64,000 bases of DNA from a candidate division WOR-1 bacterium RIFOXYB2_FULL_37_13 (GCA_001771535.1 MEUB01000007.1:1386-65385); one strand, 5' to 3'. Shown: positions 1-9,479, counted from the first letter of the stretch. Numbers and translations: made by a program. Notes: generated by a model from the sequence alone, not told the origin.

Positions 1-722
1 CTCTTTGTTTAAACGAAGATCTGACAGAAGCAATAGCTTTGAGCCATGATTTGGGTCATACGCCATTTGGCCATTCAGGAGAAGAAGCATTAAGTGAAAT
101 TTTAGAGAAGAATTTTGGAATAAAATTTTATCATCATGAACAAAGTTTAAGGATTGTTGAAATCCTCGAAAAAGACGGAAAAGGGCTAAATCTTTGCAAA
201 GAAGTGCTGGAAGGAATAGGAGGCCACGGCAGCGACCAGCCAATGCCCAAAACACTTGAGGGAAAAGTTGTCCGATTATCAGACAGGTTTGCATACTTAC
301 GACATGATATAGAAGACGCTATTGCCGCAAAAATTTTAAATAAAAATGATCTTCCTAAAAAGACCATGAAAATTTTGGGAAGAAACATTTTGGATACGCT
401 GGTATCCGATATCATAGAAAACAGCAAAGACAAGCCAGAAATAAAAATGAGCAAAAAAATTTATAAAGCAATGAATGATTTATATGATTTTATGTATGAA
501 AACGTTTATACAAATCCGGAAGCAAAAAGAGAAGAGAAAAAGATCCCGTATCTTATTCATCAGTTGTTCAGATATTTTCATTATGACAAAAATTTCCAAA
601 AACGCGTCCCAAGAGAAAAGCAACTCCAGCATACTATCGATTTTATAGCAGGCATGACGGATCGTTTTGCAATCAACAAATTCCAGGAGCTTTTTGTACC
701 AAGCGAGTGGAAAAACAACTGA
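1..722 (+). CDS. dgt: dGTPase-like HD-domain triphosphohydrolase, 5'-truncated by window edge
   Basis: Frame is open from nt 3 (..AIALSHDLGHTPFGHSGE..). HD motif HDLGHxPFGH and RLSDRFAYLRHDIEDA are typical of Dgt-family dNTP triphosphohydrolases. Stop TGA at 720-722. Confidence 0.8.
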   Translation, partial: LCLNEDLTEAIALSHDLGHTPFGHSGEEALSEILEKNFGIKFYHHEQSLRIVEILEKDGKGLNLCKEVLEGIGGHGSDQPMPKTLEGKVVRLSDRFAYLRHDIEDAIAAKILNKNDLPKKTMKILGRNILDTLVSDIIENSKDKPEIKMSKKIYKAMNDLYDFMYENVYTNPEAKREEKKIPYLIHQLFRYFHYDKNFQKRVPREKQLQHTIDFIAGMTDRFAINKFQELFVPSEWKNN

Positions 723-2449
723 TGATCCCAAAAGAAAAAATTGATGAGCTACGAGAGAAGCTCGATATTGTGGACGTCATCTCATCGTATGTCCCTTCTT
801 TGCGAAAACGCGGGAAAAACCATATGGGATTATGTCCGTTCCATTCGGAAAAAACACCCTCTTTTACTGTTTCACAAGAAAAAGGGCTCTATCACTGTTT
901 TGGCTGCGGCAAAGGTGGAAACGTTTTCAGCTTCCTTATGGAAATGGAAAACATAAGCTTTGGAGAAGCTTTAAAAATTGCGGCTGACAAAGCGGGGATC
1001 CCAATAGAAGCAGGACAATTCGCAAAAGCACAAAATTCCGCGTCTCAAGCAACAAATAAACTTTTTACCATTATGGAGCTTGCTTGCAAGTTTTATGAAG
1101 GCAGTCTCGATAAGATTAAAGAATATCTTGATGAGCGAAAAATTTCCGATCCAAAATCTTTCAGGCTGGGATTCGCACGGGATGGATGGGACAATCTGCT
1201 TAATTTTCTTTTGGAAAAAGGGGCCAAAATAGAAGATATTGAAGCTGCGGGACTTATCTTAAAAAAGCAGTCAGGCAGCGGTTATTATGACAGATTTCGC
1301 AATCGATTGATGTTTCCCATAATGGACCAGCAAAACAGGGTTATAGGGTTTGGGGGGAGAGCTGTAAACAATGAAGAGCCCAAATATTTAAACTCTCCGG
1401 AATCAGCAATTTTTAATAAGGGAGCTAACCTCTATAATTTAGGCAAGGCAAAAGATTTTATAAAAAGACAAAAATTTGCGCTGCTTGTGGAAGGATACAT
1501 GGATACAATTGCCTGTTGCGAAATAGGCCTAGATAATTCCATTGCTCCATTAGGCACAGCAGTAACTTCAACACAGGCAAAACTGTTGAGCAGGTTTACA
1601 AAAGTTGTTGTATTGGCTTTTGATTCAGATGCGGCGGGGCTTTCTGCCAGCGAAAGAGCACAGGAAATCCTGGAAGAAGCCGGAATAAGCGTCAGGATCG
1701 CATCCTGTCAAGGAGGGAAAGATCCTGATGAGATAATAAAAAAATTGGGAAAAGAAGCTTTCATAAAAAGCGTTCAAACATCAATTCCGGCAACTGAATT
1801 TAAAATAAAAAGGGTTTTGGGCCGATTTAACATAAAAGAAATCGAAGATAAGGTTAAGGCCGCGTATGAAATCGCGCAGTTTTTATCAAAAGAAAAAGAC
1901 AACCTGCTGCAAAGTGAATACGCGAAATTTGCCGCAAAATTATTAAATTTACCGGTGGAAGAAATTACGGCCGCGATTAACAGCCGGAATAATTATCAAA
2001 AAGGAGGTAGTAACTTAAAGAGAGCAATACCAAAAGCTCCCTCAAAAGTCAAAGAAGCCGAAAAAAAAATATTGAAATTGATACTGGAATGGGATGAAGC
2101 TTTGTCTAAAATAAAAGAAGAATTAACTCTTAATGATTTTAATCAATATAAAGGCATTTTCGAACAAATCTGGACAATCAAAAACAATGATATACTGTCA
2201 TCTATTAATAATGAGAGTGACGCGAAAGTTTTAAGAGAGATTGCTTTAAGCGAAGAGCCCTTGAGCAATAAAGATCAGATGCTGAAGGATTGCATAAGCT
2301 CAATTAAAGCTTTCACCATACAAAATGAGATGGGGTTTATTAGGGAATCTCTTTTAATGGCAGAAAAAAATGGCGAAGAAGAAACAGTTAACGAGTTAAA
2401 GAAAAGGCAATTATATTTAAATGAAATTTTAAGAATGTTGATTCGATAG
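707..2449 (+). CDS. dnaG: DNA primase
   Basis: CHC2 zinc finger CPFHSEKTPSFTV..HCFGCGKGGN and TOPRIM motifs LLVEGYMD and LAFDSDAAG. Overlaps the dgt stop. An alternative ATG lies at 722. Confidence 0.95.
   Translation: MEKQLMIPKEKIDELREKLDIVDVISSYVPSLRKRGKNHMGLCPFHSEKTPSFTVSQEKGLYHCFGCGKGGNVFSFLMEMENISFGEALKIAADKAGIPIEAGQFAKAQNSASQATNKLFTIMELACKFYEGSLDKIKEYLDERKISDPKSFRLGFARDGWDNLLNFLLEKGAKIEDIEAAGLILKKQSGSGYYDRFRNRLMFPIMDQQNRVIGFGGRAVNNEEPKYLNSPESAIFNKGANLYNLGKAKDFIKRQKFALLVEGYMDTIACCEIGLDNSIAPLGTAVTSTQAKLLSRFTKVVVLAFDSDAAGLSASERAQEILEEAGISVRIASCQGGKDPDEIIKKLGKEAFIKSVQTSIPATEFKIKRVLGRFNIKEIEDKVKAAYEIAQFLSKEKDNLLQSEYAKFAAKLLNLPVEEITAAINSRNNYQKGGSNLKRAIPKAPSKVKEAEKKILKLILEWDEALSKIKEELTLNDFNQYKGIFEQIWTIKNNDILSSINNESDAKVLREIALSEEPLSNKDQMLKDCISSIKAFTIQNEMGFIRESLLMAEKNGEEETVNELKKRQLYLNEILRMLIR
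2422..2449 (+). promoter_or_regulatory. TGAAAT-N14-TTCGATAG bipartite promoter-like motif upstream of rpoD
   Basis: TGAAAT 2422-2427, 14-nt spacer, TTCGATAG 2442-2449, inside the dnaG 3' end and 19 nt before the rpoD GTG. Same architecture as 7 other copies in the window. Confidence 0.4.
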
Positions 2450-2467
2450 ATATTAAGGAGGCAAAAA

Positions 2468-3514
2468 GTGATAGATAAAAAAACAATAATTGAAAATCTA
2501 AGGTTTGGTAGAAAAAACTATATCACACCTGATGAGTTATTGGCAATCTACCCGGAGCCTGAAAAAAATCTCGATGAAATCGAGCAGCTTCTTTCAAATG
2601 GCTTTAAGATTACCGAACGCAAACCAAGGGCAGAAAAAAAAGTGGACGGAGCCAATGGAAACATAACGGAGATGCAGGGGATTGGCGTGGATGATACCGT
2701 CAGAATGTACCTGCGTGAAATAGGAAGGTTCCCCCTTTTAACCGGTGAAGAAGAAGTATCATTGGCAAAAAAGGTGTTACTCGGCGTCCGCGCCGCAAAG
2801 CACAAACTTGTCAATTCAAACCTGAGGCTTGTTGTTTCAATTGCAAAAAAATATACTGGCCGCGGCATGCTCTTTCTTGATCTTGTCCAGGAAGGGAATC
2901 TTGGATTGATTCGCGCGGTAGAAAAGTTTGATCATAAAAAAGGATATAAATTTTCAACCTATGCGACATGGTGGATAAGGCAGGCAATAACACGCGCTAT
3001 CGCGGATCAGGCTCGCACTATCCGAATTCCCGTGCATATGGTAGAAACAATAAACCGTTTGCGTAAAACCAGCAGGCAGCTGTTGCAAAAACTGGGGCGC
3101 AAACCTACAGAGGGAGAAATAGCAAAATATGCTCGAATGTCCAAAGATAAAGTTAGGGAAGTTATAAAGATTTCACAGGTTCCTCTTTCGCTTGAAATGC
3201 CTGTAGGAGATGAAGAATCTTCAAGGCTTGGAGATTTTGTTGAAGATGTGGGAGTCGCAGGCCCCAACGAAATTGTTATGCAGGGACTTTTGCGTGAAGA
3301 TTTAGAGGAAGTCATGCAAGCGTTGACTGACCGTGAACGTACAGTGCTTAAAATGCGCTTTGGCTTAGGGGATGGACGCCAACGAACTTTAGAAGAAGTG
3401 GGCAAAGCCTTTAATGTTACTCGCGAGAGGATAAGACAGATTGAGTCAAAAGCATTAAAAAAACTTAAACATCCGACACGAGCAAAAAAACTGCGCGAAT
3501 ATCTTCGCGACTAA
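2468..3514 (+). CDS. rpoD: RNA polymerase primary sigma factor (sigma-70 family)
   Basis: Regions 2-4 present: [38 protein letters not shown] and the C-terminal [26 protein letters not shown] start preceded by AAGGAGG. Confidence 0.95.
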   Translation: MIDKKTIIENLRFGRKNYITPDELLAIYPEPEKNLDEIEQLLSNGFKITERKPRAEKKVDGANGNITEMQGIGVDDTVRMYLREIGRFPLLTGEEEVSLAKKVLLGVRAAKHKLVNSNLRLVVSIAKKYTGRGMLFLDLVQEGNLGLIRAVEKFDHKKGYKFSTYATWWIRQAITRAIADQARTIRIPVHMVETINRLRKTSRQLLQKLGRKPTEGEIAKYARMSKDKVREVIKISQVPLSLEMPVGDEESSRLGDFVEDVGVAGPNEIVMQGLLREDLEEVMQALTDRERTVLKMRFGLGDGRQRTLEEVGKAFNVTRERIRQIESKALKKLKHPTRAKKLREYLRD

Positions 3515-3552
3515 TATTTGGCTGAAATATATTGACTCCATTTTACGCCCAT

Positions 3553-3580
3553 GTTATAAGTTATAGGTTATCAGTTAAAC
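3553..3580 (+). promoter_or_regulatory. GTTATAAGTTAT..AGTTAAAC leader/promoter motif abutting the tRNA 5' end
   Basis: GTTATAAGTTATAGGTTATCAGTTAAAC ends 1 nt before tRNA position +1. TTGACT (3532-3537)-N17-TATAAG gives a sigma-70-like promoter. The same motif family occurs at tRNA-Val and tRNA-Gly. Confidence 0.5.
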
Positions 3581-3652
3581 GGGCCCTTAGCTCAATGGTG
3601 GAGCGCTCGGCTCATAACCGATTGGTTATAGGTTCGAATCCTATAGGGCCCA
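3581..3652 (+). tRNA. tRNA with CAT anticodon (elongator Met or lysidine-modified Ile2)
   Basis: Cloverleaf folds by hand: acceptor GGGCCCT/AGGGCCC, D arm GCTC..GAGC, anticodon loop CTCATAA, T arm ATAGG-TTCGAAT-CCTAT, discriminator A, no encoded CCA. The anticodon stem lacks the three G-C pairs of an initiator. The 5' half resembles E. coli tRNA-Ile2. Confidence 0.9.
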
Positions 3653-3665
3653 ATAATGCTTCTTT

Positions 3666-3715
3666 AAATATTTTGCCAATTTTCCTTAATTTTCGCCCTT
3701 TAATCTTCGCCTGCG
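3666..3715 (-). repeat. Cassette-junction repeat R1 (remnant ..RRRRLKGEN-stop plus UTR GGCAAAATATTT)
   Basis: Minus-strand CGCAGGCGAAGATTAAAGGGCGAAAATTAAGGAAAATTGGCAAAATATTT matches R2 (4257-4344) and R3 (5371-5444). Confidence 0.85.
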
Positions 3716-4256
3716 AGTGATCTTCATCAAAAGTAAATCTTTTTTGGCGCGCTTCAAAGAGAAAGCCTTTCCCAAGCTCTAAAAGAAAACCTTCGAGCTT
3801 ATCAATAATGGCAGATTCCAATTCGGATTCAGAATATTTTGCTTTTTCATCAAATCCAAGAAATTCCAAAACATATTGTGCAGACAGTGTCTACGCTTTT
3901 TGTGTTTCAGTCAATTTGGCAGATGGCATCTGCCAAATCTGCTCAAAACGGTCTTGATACACCAGATAAAACTTGCGCATATTTCGCAAATTTCGTTCAG
4001 AAAAACCTGTTCCAAATTCAGCCTCCAAGTTAGCCGAAAGATCGATAATAAGCTCTTTCCCATATTGAGCCCTTGCAGAGCCTTTTTGTTCCTGCTCGAC
4101 TATCCTGCGGCCAATTTCAAAACAGGTATAAACTTGTATATAATCCACACTTTTAACAACAGCACTTCTTGCCGATGTAATTAGCTTGCGAATTTCTGTT
4201 ATAAAAGATGTATCTAAAACCTTTGTTTTTTTAACATGTTTAATTTGTTCTTTCAT
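3716..4256 (-). pseudogene. Decayed DUF1016/YhcG-type PDDEXK nuclease gene
   Basis: The 121-aa N-terminal fragment (4256-3891) resembles the YhcG N-domain. A second fragment in another frame (from 3869: EFLGFDEKAKYSESELESAIIDKLEGFLLELGKGFLFEARQ) resembles the start of the PDDEXK core. The central part is missing and the 3' end is cut off at repeat R1. Confidence 0.6.
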
Positions 4257-4344
4257 AAAATATTTTGCCGAGCCTCCTTATTATTCTTGAACCTCAATTC
4301 TCACCCTTTAATCTTCGCCTGCGTTCGTCTAATGTTTCCCCTTC
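4257..4344 (-). repeat. Cassette-junction repeat R2
   Basis: Minus strand reads GAAGGGGAAACATTAGACGAACGCAGGCGAAGATTAAAGGGTGAGAATTGA...GGCAAAATATTTTATG. In the R3 frame it still encodes EGETLDERRRRLKGEN-stop although no gene uses that frame here. Confidence 0.85.
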
Positions 4345-5387
4345 CTCAAAAGCTTCTTAACTTCGAGATCAAAATCAGAAACATAGTTTCTATCTTGCTC
4401 TTTTCTGAATTTATCATATTCTTCAAGTGCCAAGGCTTCGGCAACTTCGTGGCTTACTTTTCCAGAGTCACTCAATATTTGTCGTTCATTAAATTTAAGA
4501 AATGCGTCTAACTTTGAAACCCAGTCTTTCATATACATAACAATTCCGCGCTCTGCCTGTGTTTCCGCAAAATCAAGATACATTGTCACGATTCTGTTTA
4601 AATAATCAAGTTCTTTTTCATTCAAATAGTTTTTGGCAATTACAACATCTGTTTCTCGAATAGCCCCTTTGGGTGAGTTTTTCCAAACAGTAAGCCCCAT
4701 ATTAAGTTTTGTACTATCTACTCTTCCATGAATTATCTCTGCAGCAGTTTTCCCCGTGATTGCAAAGTGGAGCTTGTTTTGTACTGTTGCAAAAAATTGC
4801 TTGGTTATGTCGCTATTTGGAGAGTAATCCGCACTACATTGAGAGTAAATGTCAGTAACTTTCTGGTACATACGCCTTTCGCTTGATCGTATATTTCGTA
4901 TTCGGGCAAGCTGTTCCTCAAAATAATCTTTGCCAAAGATATTGTTAGGATTTTTGAGCCGTTCATCATCCATAGTGAAGCCTTTAATAATATACTCTTT
5001 AAGCCTTTCAGTCGCCCAGATGCGAAACTGTGTTGCTTGTACACTACTTACTCGATAACCAACAGAGAGAATGGCATCAAGATTATAAAACTCAATATCT
5101 CTTGTAACCTGTCTTTCTCCTTCAACTTGAACTTGTGCAATTTTTGCACAAGTTGATTCTTTATGAAGCTCATTCTCATCATAAATATTTTTCAAATGCT
5201 TTGTTACGACACTTCTATCTACGCCAAAAAGATCTGCGATTTTTGCTTGTGTTAGCCAAATATTTTCATCGCGCAAAAATATCTCCACCTTCACATTTCC
5301 ATTTGGGGTGGTATAGAGTAAAAACTCTGTAAAACTATTATTTGGAATAATCCGTTGTTTATTTTTTTTCATAAAATATTTTGCCAA
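4329..5387 (-). CDS. RhuM-family protein (defence-island-associated, DNA-binding N-terminus)
   Basis: N-terminus FLLYTTPNGNVKVEIFLRDENIWLTQAKIADLFGVDRSVVTKHLKNIY is the characteristic RhuM signature. Full-length 352-aa ORF. Confidence 0.75.
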   Translation of the reverse strand: MAKYFMKKNKQRIIPNNSFTEFLLYTTPNGNVKVEIFLRDENIWLTQAKIADLFGVDRSVVTKHLKNIYDENELHKESTCAKIAQVQVEGERQVTRDIEFYNLDAILSVGYRVSSVQATQFRIWATERLKEYIIKGFTMDDERLKNPNNIFGKDYFEEQLARIRNIRSSERRMYQKVTDIYSQCSADYSPNSDITKQFFATVQNKLHFAITGKTAAEIIHGRVDSTKLNMGLTVWKNSPKGAIRETDVVIAKNYLNEKELDYLNRIVTMYLDFAETQAERGIVMYMKDWVSKLDAFLKFNERQILSDSGKVSHEVAEALALEEYDKFRKEQDRNYVSDFDLEVKKLLRKGKH

Positions 5388-5444
5388 TTCTCCTTAATTT
5401 TCGCCCTTTAATCTCCTTCTGCGTTCGTCCAAGGTTTCCCCTTC
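5371..5444 (-). repeat. Cassette-junction repeat R3 (functional 3' end of the T5orf172 gene plus UTR of rhuM)
   Basis: GAAGGGGAAACCTTGGACGAACGCAGAAGGAGATTAAAGGGCGAAAATTAAGGAGAATTGGCAAAATATTTTATG. Confidence 0.85.
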
Positions 5445-5996
5445 ATACATCCAATAATCTGTTCCAGCAACCCCATAGCTGTATCCTAATATTTCCTTTG
5501 CGGACTTCGAAAGACTTGTTATCTCCTCGTTAAAATTAATTGAACGATTATCTACAACCTTTGCCTTTATATTTTCATCTCGGCTAAAAACTAGTTCTGC
5601 GCCAAGCGGAATATCCACCATGCTAAAATCAAATCTTTCACGAATAGTTCTAGCATTATCAAGGGCTTTTTGGTCTTCATGAGATTCCACAATATCGTTT
5701 TTGGGGGTAACATTTTCAATTTCTGCTAATTTTAAAGCTGCCACAATCCGTTCTGGCGCTATTTTAAAAAACTCTCTTTTTGGATTGATTCGATTATTGT
5801 CAAATGCATCGTGTAATTGATGTTCAACAAAACTCATATCTTTCACCGTGCAAGCATAGAAGCAAGTAAATGGGAGCGGAACACTTGTAGAGGCGCTAAG
5901 TTCTCTTATTCTTTGCTCAAGGCTAGTAGAAGTCTTGCCGATTTTTACATAACCAGGCATAGCTTCATTAGTAAGAACATAAACTATTTCACTCAT
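5394..5996 (-). CDS. T5orf172 (MUG113/GIY-YIG-like) domain protein with C-terminal DUF4357-like domain
   Basis: IVYVLTNEAMPGYVKIGKTSTSLEQRIRELSASTSVPLPFTCFYA..REFFKI matches the T5orf172 pattern. The likely ATG at 5996 overlaps the upstream stop (ATGAGTGA). Confidence 0.75.
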   Translation of the reverse strand: MSEIVYVLTNEAMPGYVKIGKTSTSLEQRIRELSASTSVPLPFTCFYACTVKDMSFVEHQLHDAFDNNRINPKREFFKIAPERIVAALKLAEIENVTPKNDIVESHEDQKALDNARTIRERFDFSMVDIPLGAELVFSRDENIKAKVVDNRSINFNEEITSLSKSAKEILGYSYGVAGTDYWMYEGETLDERRRRLKGEN

Positions 5997-6606
5997 TTTG
6001 AGCCTCACCTATTCTTAAAGGTTGAACAATACTTTTTATTTTCATTCCCCCCTCTTGATAATCTCTAGCCCATCGATAATTCAATTCATTATCAAGTCCC
6101 TTGAGGTAAATATAAAACGCCCTAATTTTATCCTTCACTTCCATTAATTTATTATCGTCAATTGACTCCCATAGTCCCTTAGCCTCAGTTAAAAGAATTT
6201 CTCTGTCTCTATGAGCTGATAATTTATTCCTAAGTTTGCGATAGAAAGCCCCTTTCCCAAAATCACTGATTTCACTCAAAAATTCATTAAACTTGACCAA
6301 TATTTGTTTCTGAACTAAACAATCAATATCGGTAGTTTCAATTATAAGGCATTTAAATTCAACAAACTTGTCATACAATGAACACAAGTCCATATAAATA
6401 TATTTTAAGAGTGCCTTTTTTTTATGAATATCTTTTTGAACTCTTGCAATCTCCGCCAAACAAAAAATGTCCTCCCATATTAATTTAATTAATACAAATT
6501 GTTTGGTTAGTGTTTCTTCCGGAAAATATTTATTATCGTTATTGTTACTAAAAGGGTGGAAAATATCATCCCTATTTCTATTATAAAAACATTCTTCCTC
6601 CATCAC
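5989..6606 (-). CDS. All-helical 205-aa protein with HEPN-like Rx5H motif (RNKLSAH)
   Basis: ATG overlaps the R-M stop (ATGA at 6603-6606). The motif YRKLRNKLSAHRD fits the HEPN RNase signature RN(x4)H. No other recognisable domain. Confidence 0.5.
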   Translation of the reverse strand: MMEEECFYNRNRDDIFHPFSNNNDNKYFPEETLTKQFVLIKLIWEDIFCLAEIARVQKDIHKKKALLKYIYMDLCSLYDKFVEFKCLIIETTDIDCLVQKQILVKFNEFLSEISDFGKGAFYRKLRNKLSAHRDREILLTEAKGLWESIDDNKLMEVKDKIRAFYIYLKGLDNELNYRWARDYQEGGMKIKSIVQPLRIGEAQNE

Positions 6607-9479
6607 TTCTCCCCCTCCACCACCCGAATCTCCGCCTCCGTCAGCCCATAGAGCTCATAAACCAGCTCATCGATTTGCTTATCAAGAATTTCTATCTTCT
6701 GCTGATAGTGCCTCTTGTCGGTTTCGGATTTGGCGGAATGATACTTTTTTTGAGTTTCAAGCATTTGATCGACATATTGAATAAGTTTATTTTCAACGGA
6801 TTTATTGACATTGAGCATGCATGGAAATCCATTTAAATCTTTAATTACTATTTTGGGAAATAATCTTCTAGAGCTTTTTATTGCACGATTTTTATAAAAC
6901 ACCGAAAACAATCTTGAGTTCAATTGCGCTAAAAGGATTTTAAGATTGTCATCATTATCATAAAAGTCGAGTATATTGAGAATGCTTTTATTGTTTAATA
7001 GTAATTTGTCGCTATAGCATCCAAGTATACAGCGAGGTGGCTTCCCTGTTATTTCTCTGATTAAAATTCGCTTTCTTGAAAATATATTTAATTTTCTTGG
7101 TTGCGAGAGCCAATTGCCATACCTTAGATATTTGCCATCAAATGATGAATAGTATCTCCCACAATTTTTCCCTTCAATATATGGATAAGTGTTTTTGTCA
7201 TACTTATAATCATAATCATATATTCTATTTTTGACATCTTCTAATGATTGCTTTGGGACACCTTTTCCCTGTTCATAAGCTTGTAAGCCTGTTTTCACAT
7301 CAAAAAACTTTCCAACCATGCCTGATGAATGAATTAGCTTAGACAAAACCTTATCTAAGCTAATATTTTCTGGTATATGAATTTTATATGTATCTGACCC
7401 AGCAAGCCAATCTCTTTGGGAATATTCAACATATTCCTTACTAATAATTTCAAATGGGAAAAAGACTTTTTTGCATTTTGTTTCCCCTTTTGAATTCTTT
7501 GATCTGTCTACTTGAAATATTGTCGTTTCAACCTTCGCGCCATCAAACACTTCATATAATATATCCAACAAGAATTCAAGATTATAATCTGAAAGGATAA
7601 GCTTTCGTAGTAACTGACCCGATTCAATCGTTAACCATGAATTTGGCACAATAAAAGAGAACTTTCCGTCCCTTGACAAAAAGCTCATGGCTCTTTCCAT
7701 AAACATGATAAAGGTATTTGGTTTCTCACGTAAAGTTTTATAAGTTCTTGAAAAATATTGTTTTTCAATATCAGAAAGATGTTCTCTTGATAATACATAC
7801 GGCGGATTCCCAATCACACAATCAAACCCTCCCGCTTTAAATATTTCAGGGAACTCTTTCTGCCAATCAAAAATATTGATCTTCTTCATCTCGTCATTAC
7901 CAAAAAGAGATAGGTTTTTGTCTTTGTAAAAATCAGATCCGATTAGAGAATTTCCGCATTTTACATTGTCAGAGAGTGTTGGAAGAAGTTTGGTATCGCT
8001 AAATTTAAATAGCTTCCCCGCACTTTCATCACTCTCCCCCTCAAGCAATTTGAGCATCAAAGAAAGCTTGGTTACCTCGACAGCCTGCGCGTCTATATCT
8101 ACCCCAAATATATTATTGAGCAAAATATTCTGCTTTTCTTTTATTGTCAGTTTGTAAGAATCCTTTTTGGCAAGATAAATAACTTCGTTTTTAAGAGCTT
8201 TGGATAGATTCTCTTTTTTCGCATAATAAGCCAAATGATAATTAAGCAAATAAGTATATGCGCCAAGCAAAAATGAGCCTGAACCGCACGCGGGATCAAC
8301 TATCTTGAGCTCCTTTATCTCTTTTGGAGTAAGTCCCTTTACTTTTTCGCCAACCGTATTCTTGACAATATAATCAACAATATACTTTGGCGTATAATAA
8401 ACACCGCCAGCCTTGCGCACCTCGGGCTTTTCCTCAATCTTTGCCATATGCGACTCGGTCAAGCGGATAGTCTTGCCAAGAAATTGTTCGTAAATATTGC
8501 CTAGAATTTCTACGGGCAATACGGAAAACGCATAAGGACATTCGGGATAATAAAGCCCTTTTATTATCTTTTCAAAAACATCATCATCAATATTAAGAGA
8601 ATTAATAGCTTCGTTTGGCTTAAAAAGTTCGCTGTTATATTTTTTATTGGCTTTATCAAAATATAAAACCAGATTTTCATACACACGCTTGTCATTGCCA
8701 ATATGTCGGAGATTCTCAAACTGCTCAATCCCTTTTTCTTCGCATATCCTCAAAAAAATTATCCTATCAATAATTTTCTGAACAGCCATATTGATACCAT
8801 AAAGATCGGTCTTCTTATTGTTTTTTGCTATATTTTTCGCCAGCTCGCTTCGCCACTCTTCAATAAGTTTTAAAAAATCTTTGTCTACTTCCGAATATCC
8901 TTTTTTGGTGCCGGAACCGACATAGTTGTTTATGCTCCCTTTTTTTATGGCATCTTTAGAAAACAGTCCATATAAAAAATCCCAATTCTTTTCATATTCT
9001 TCATATGTGCAATAAAAAAGCCTGGCAACAGAAGCTTTGTCATTTTTCCCTGGTTTTATTCTTGTGTCATAAATAGCAAACTCTTGGAAGTCAGTTAAAA
9101 TTGATATTTTTCTTTTCGCGGTATAGCCATAACGCCTTACCTGATATGCGGGGTCAATAGACTCTTTAAGGAAAATAGAAGGCTTTTTGGTTTCAACAAA
9201 AAAGACAGGCTCATTGCCTATTCTAAAAGTGTAGTCTGGATAATTTTGTGTTCCTGATATCTCAAGGTTGTCCTCAATTATGACATCGCGAAACTCTTCA
9301 ATAACCCCTTCTTTATTGCTTATATCCCAATCAAAAAGCTCAAAGAATTGATCAACAAAGTCCATCCTCAATCGTGTTTCTTTATAATTCTTTTCAGTAT
9401 ATTGAGAAAGATTGCCGTAAAATTTATCTACAAGCTTGCGCAGTTTTTCCAGTCTCTCTGATTTATTAATTGCTGTCAT
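6603..9479 (-). CDS. Type IIG restriction-modification enzyme (Eco57I/MmeI-like single chain: PD-ExK nuclease, N6-adenine MTase, TRD)
   Basis: N-terminal PDYTFRIGNEPVFFVETKKP (D..ExK). SAM motif I VDPACGSGSFLL and motif IV VIGNPPYV. C-terminal specificity region ends ELYGLTEAEIRVVE, typical of this family. Confidence 0.9.
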   Translation of the reverse strand: MTAINKSERLEKLRKLVDKFYGNLSQYTEKNYKETRLRMDFVDQFFELFDWDISNKEGVIEEFRDVIIEDNLEISGTQNYPDYTFRIGNEPVFFVETKKPSIFLKESIDPAYQVRRYGYTAKRKISILTDFQEFAIYDTRIKPGKNDKASVARLFYCTYEEYEKNWDFLYGLFSKDAIKKGSINNYVGSGTKKGYSEVDKDFLKLIEEWRSELAKNIAKNNKKTDLYGINMAVQKIIDRIIFLRICEEKGIEQFENLRHIGNDKRVYENLVLYFDKANKKYNSELFKPNEAINSLNIDDDVFEKIIKGLYYPECPYAFSVLPVEILGNIYEQFLGKTIRLTESHMAKIEEKPEVRKAGGVYYTPKYIVDYIVKNTVGEKVKGLTPKEIKELKIVDPACGSGSFLLGAYTYLLNYHLAYYAKKENLSKALKNEVIYLAKKDSYKLTIKEKQNILLNNIFGVDIDAQAVEVTKLSLMLKLLEGESDESAGKLFKFSDTKLLPTLSDNVKCGNSLIGSDFYKDKNLSLFGNDEMKKINIFDWQKEFPEIFKAGGFDCVIGNPPYVLSREHLSDIEKQYFSRTYKTLREKPNTFIMFMERAMSFLSRDGKFSFIVPNSWLTIESGQLLRKLILSDYNLEFLLDILYEVFDGAKVETTIFQVDRSKNSKGETKCKKVFFPFEIISKEYVEYSQRDWLAGSDTYKIHIPENISLDKVLSKLIHSSGMVGKFFDVKTGLQAYEQGKGVPKQSLEDVKNRIYDYDYKYDKNTYPYIEGKNCGRYYSSFDGKYLRYGNWLSQPRKLNIFSRKRILIREITGKPPRCILGCYSDKLLLNNKSILNILDFYDNDDNLKILLAQLNSRLFSVFYKNRAIKSSRRLFPKIVIKDLNGFPCMLNVNKSVENKLIQYVDQMLETQKKYHSAKSETDKRHYQQKIEILDKQIDELVYELYGLTEAEIRVVEGEK

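Noticed and set aside
2422-2449. Reading the rpoD-proximal motif as a sigma-32 heat-shock promoter (as in E. coli rpoD P-hs)
   Set aside because: The -10 half (TTCGATAG) does not resemble CCCCATNT. Heat-shock control here is clearly HrcA/CIRCE. The same motif precedes non-chaperone genes.
3532-3720. 62-aa ORF covering the tRNA(CAU) gene
   Set aside because: It reads straight through a well-folding tRNA and repeat R1, with no RBS. It is spurious.
6603-9479. BREX PglX methyltransferase
   Set aside because: The motifs are similar, but no other BREX genes (brxA/B/C, pglZ, brxL) are present and an N-terminal PD-ExK nuclease motif is. A Type IIG R-M enzyme fits better.
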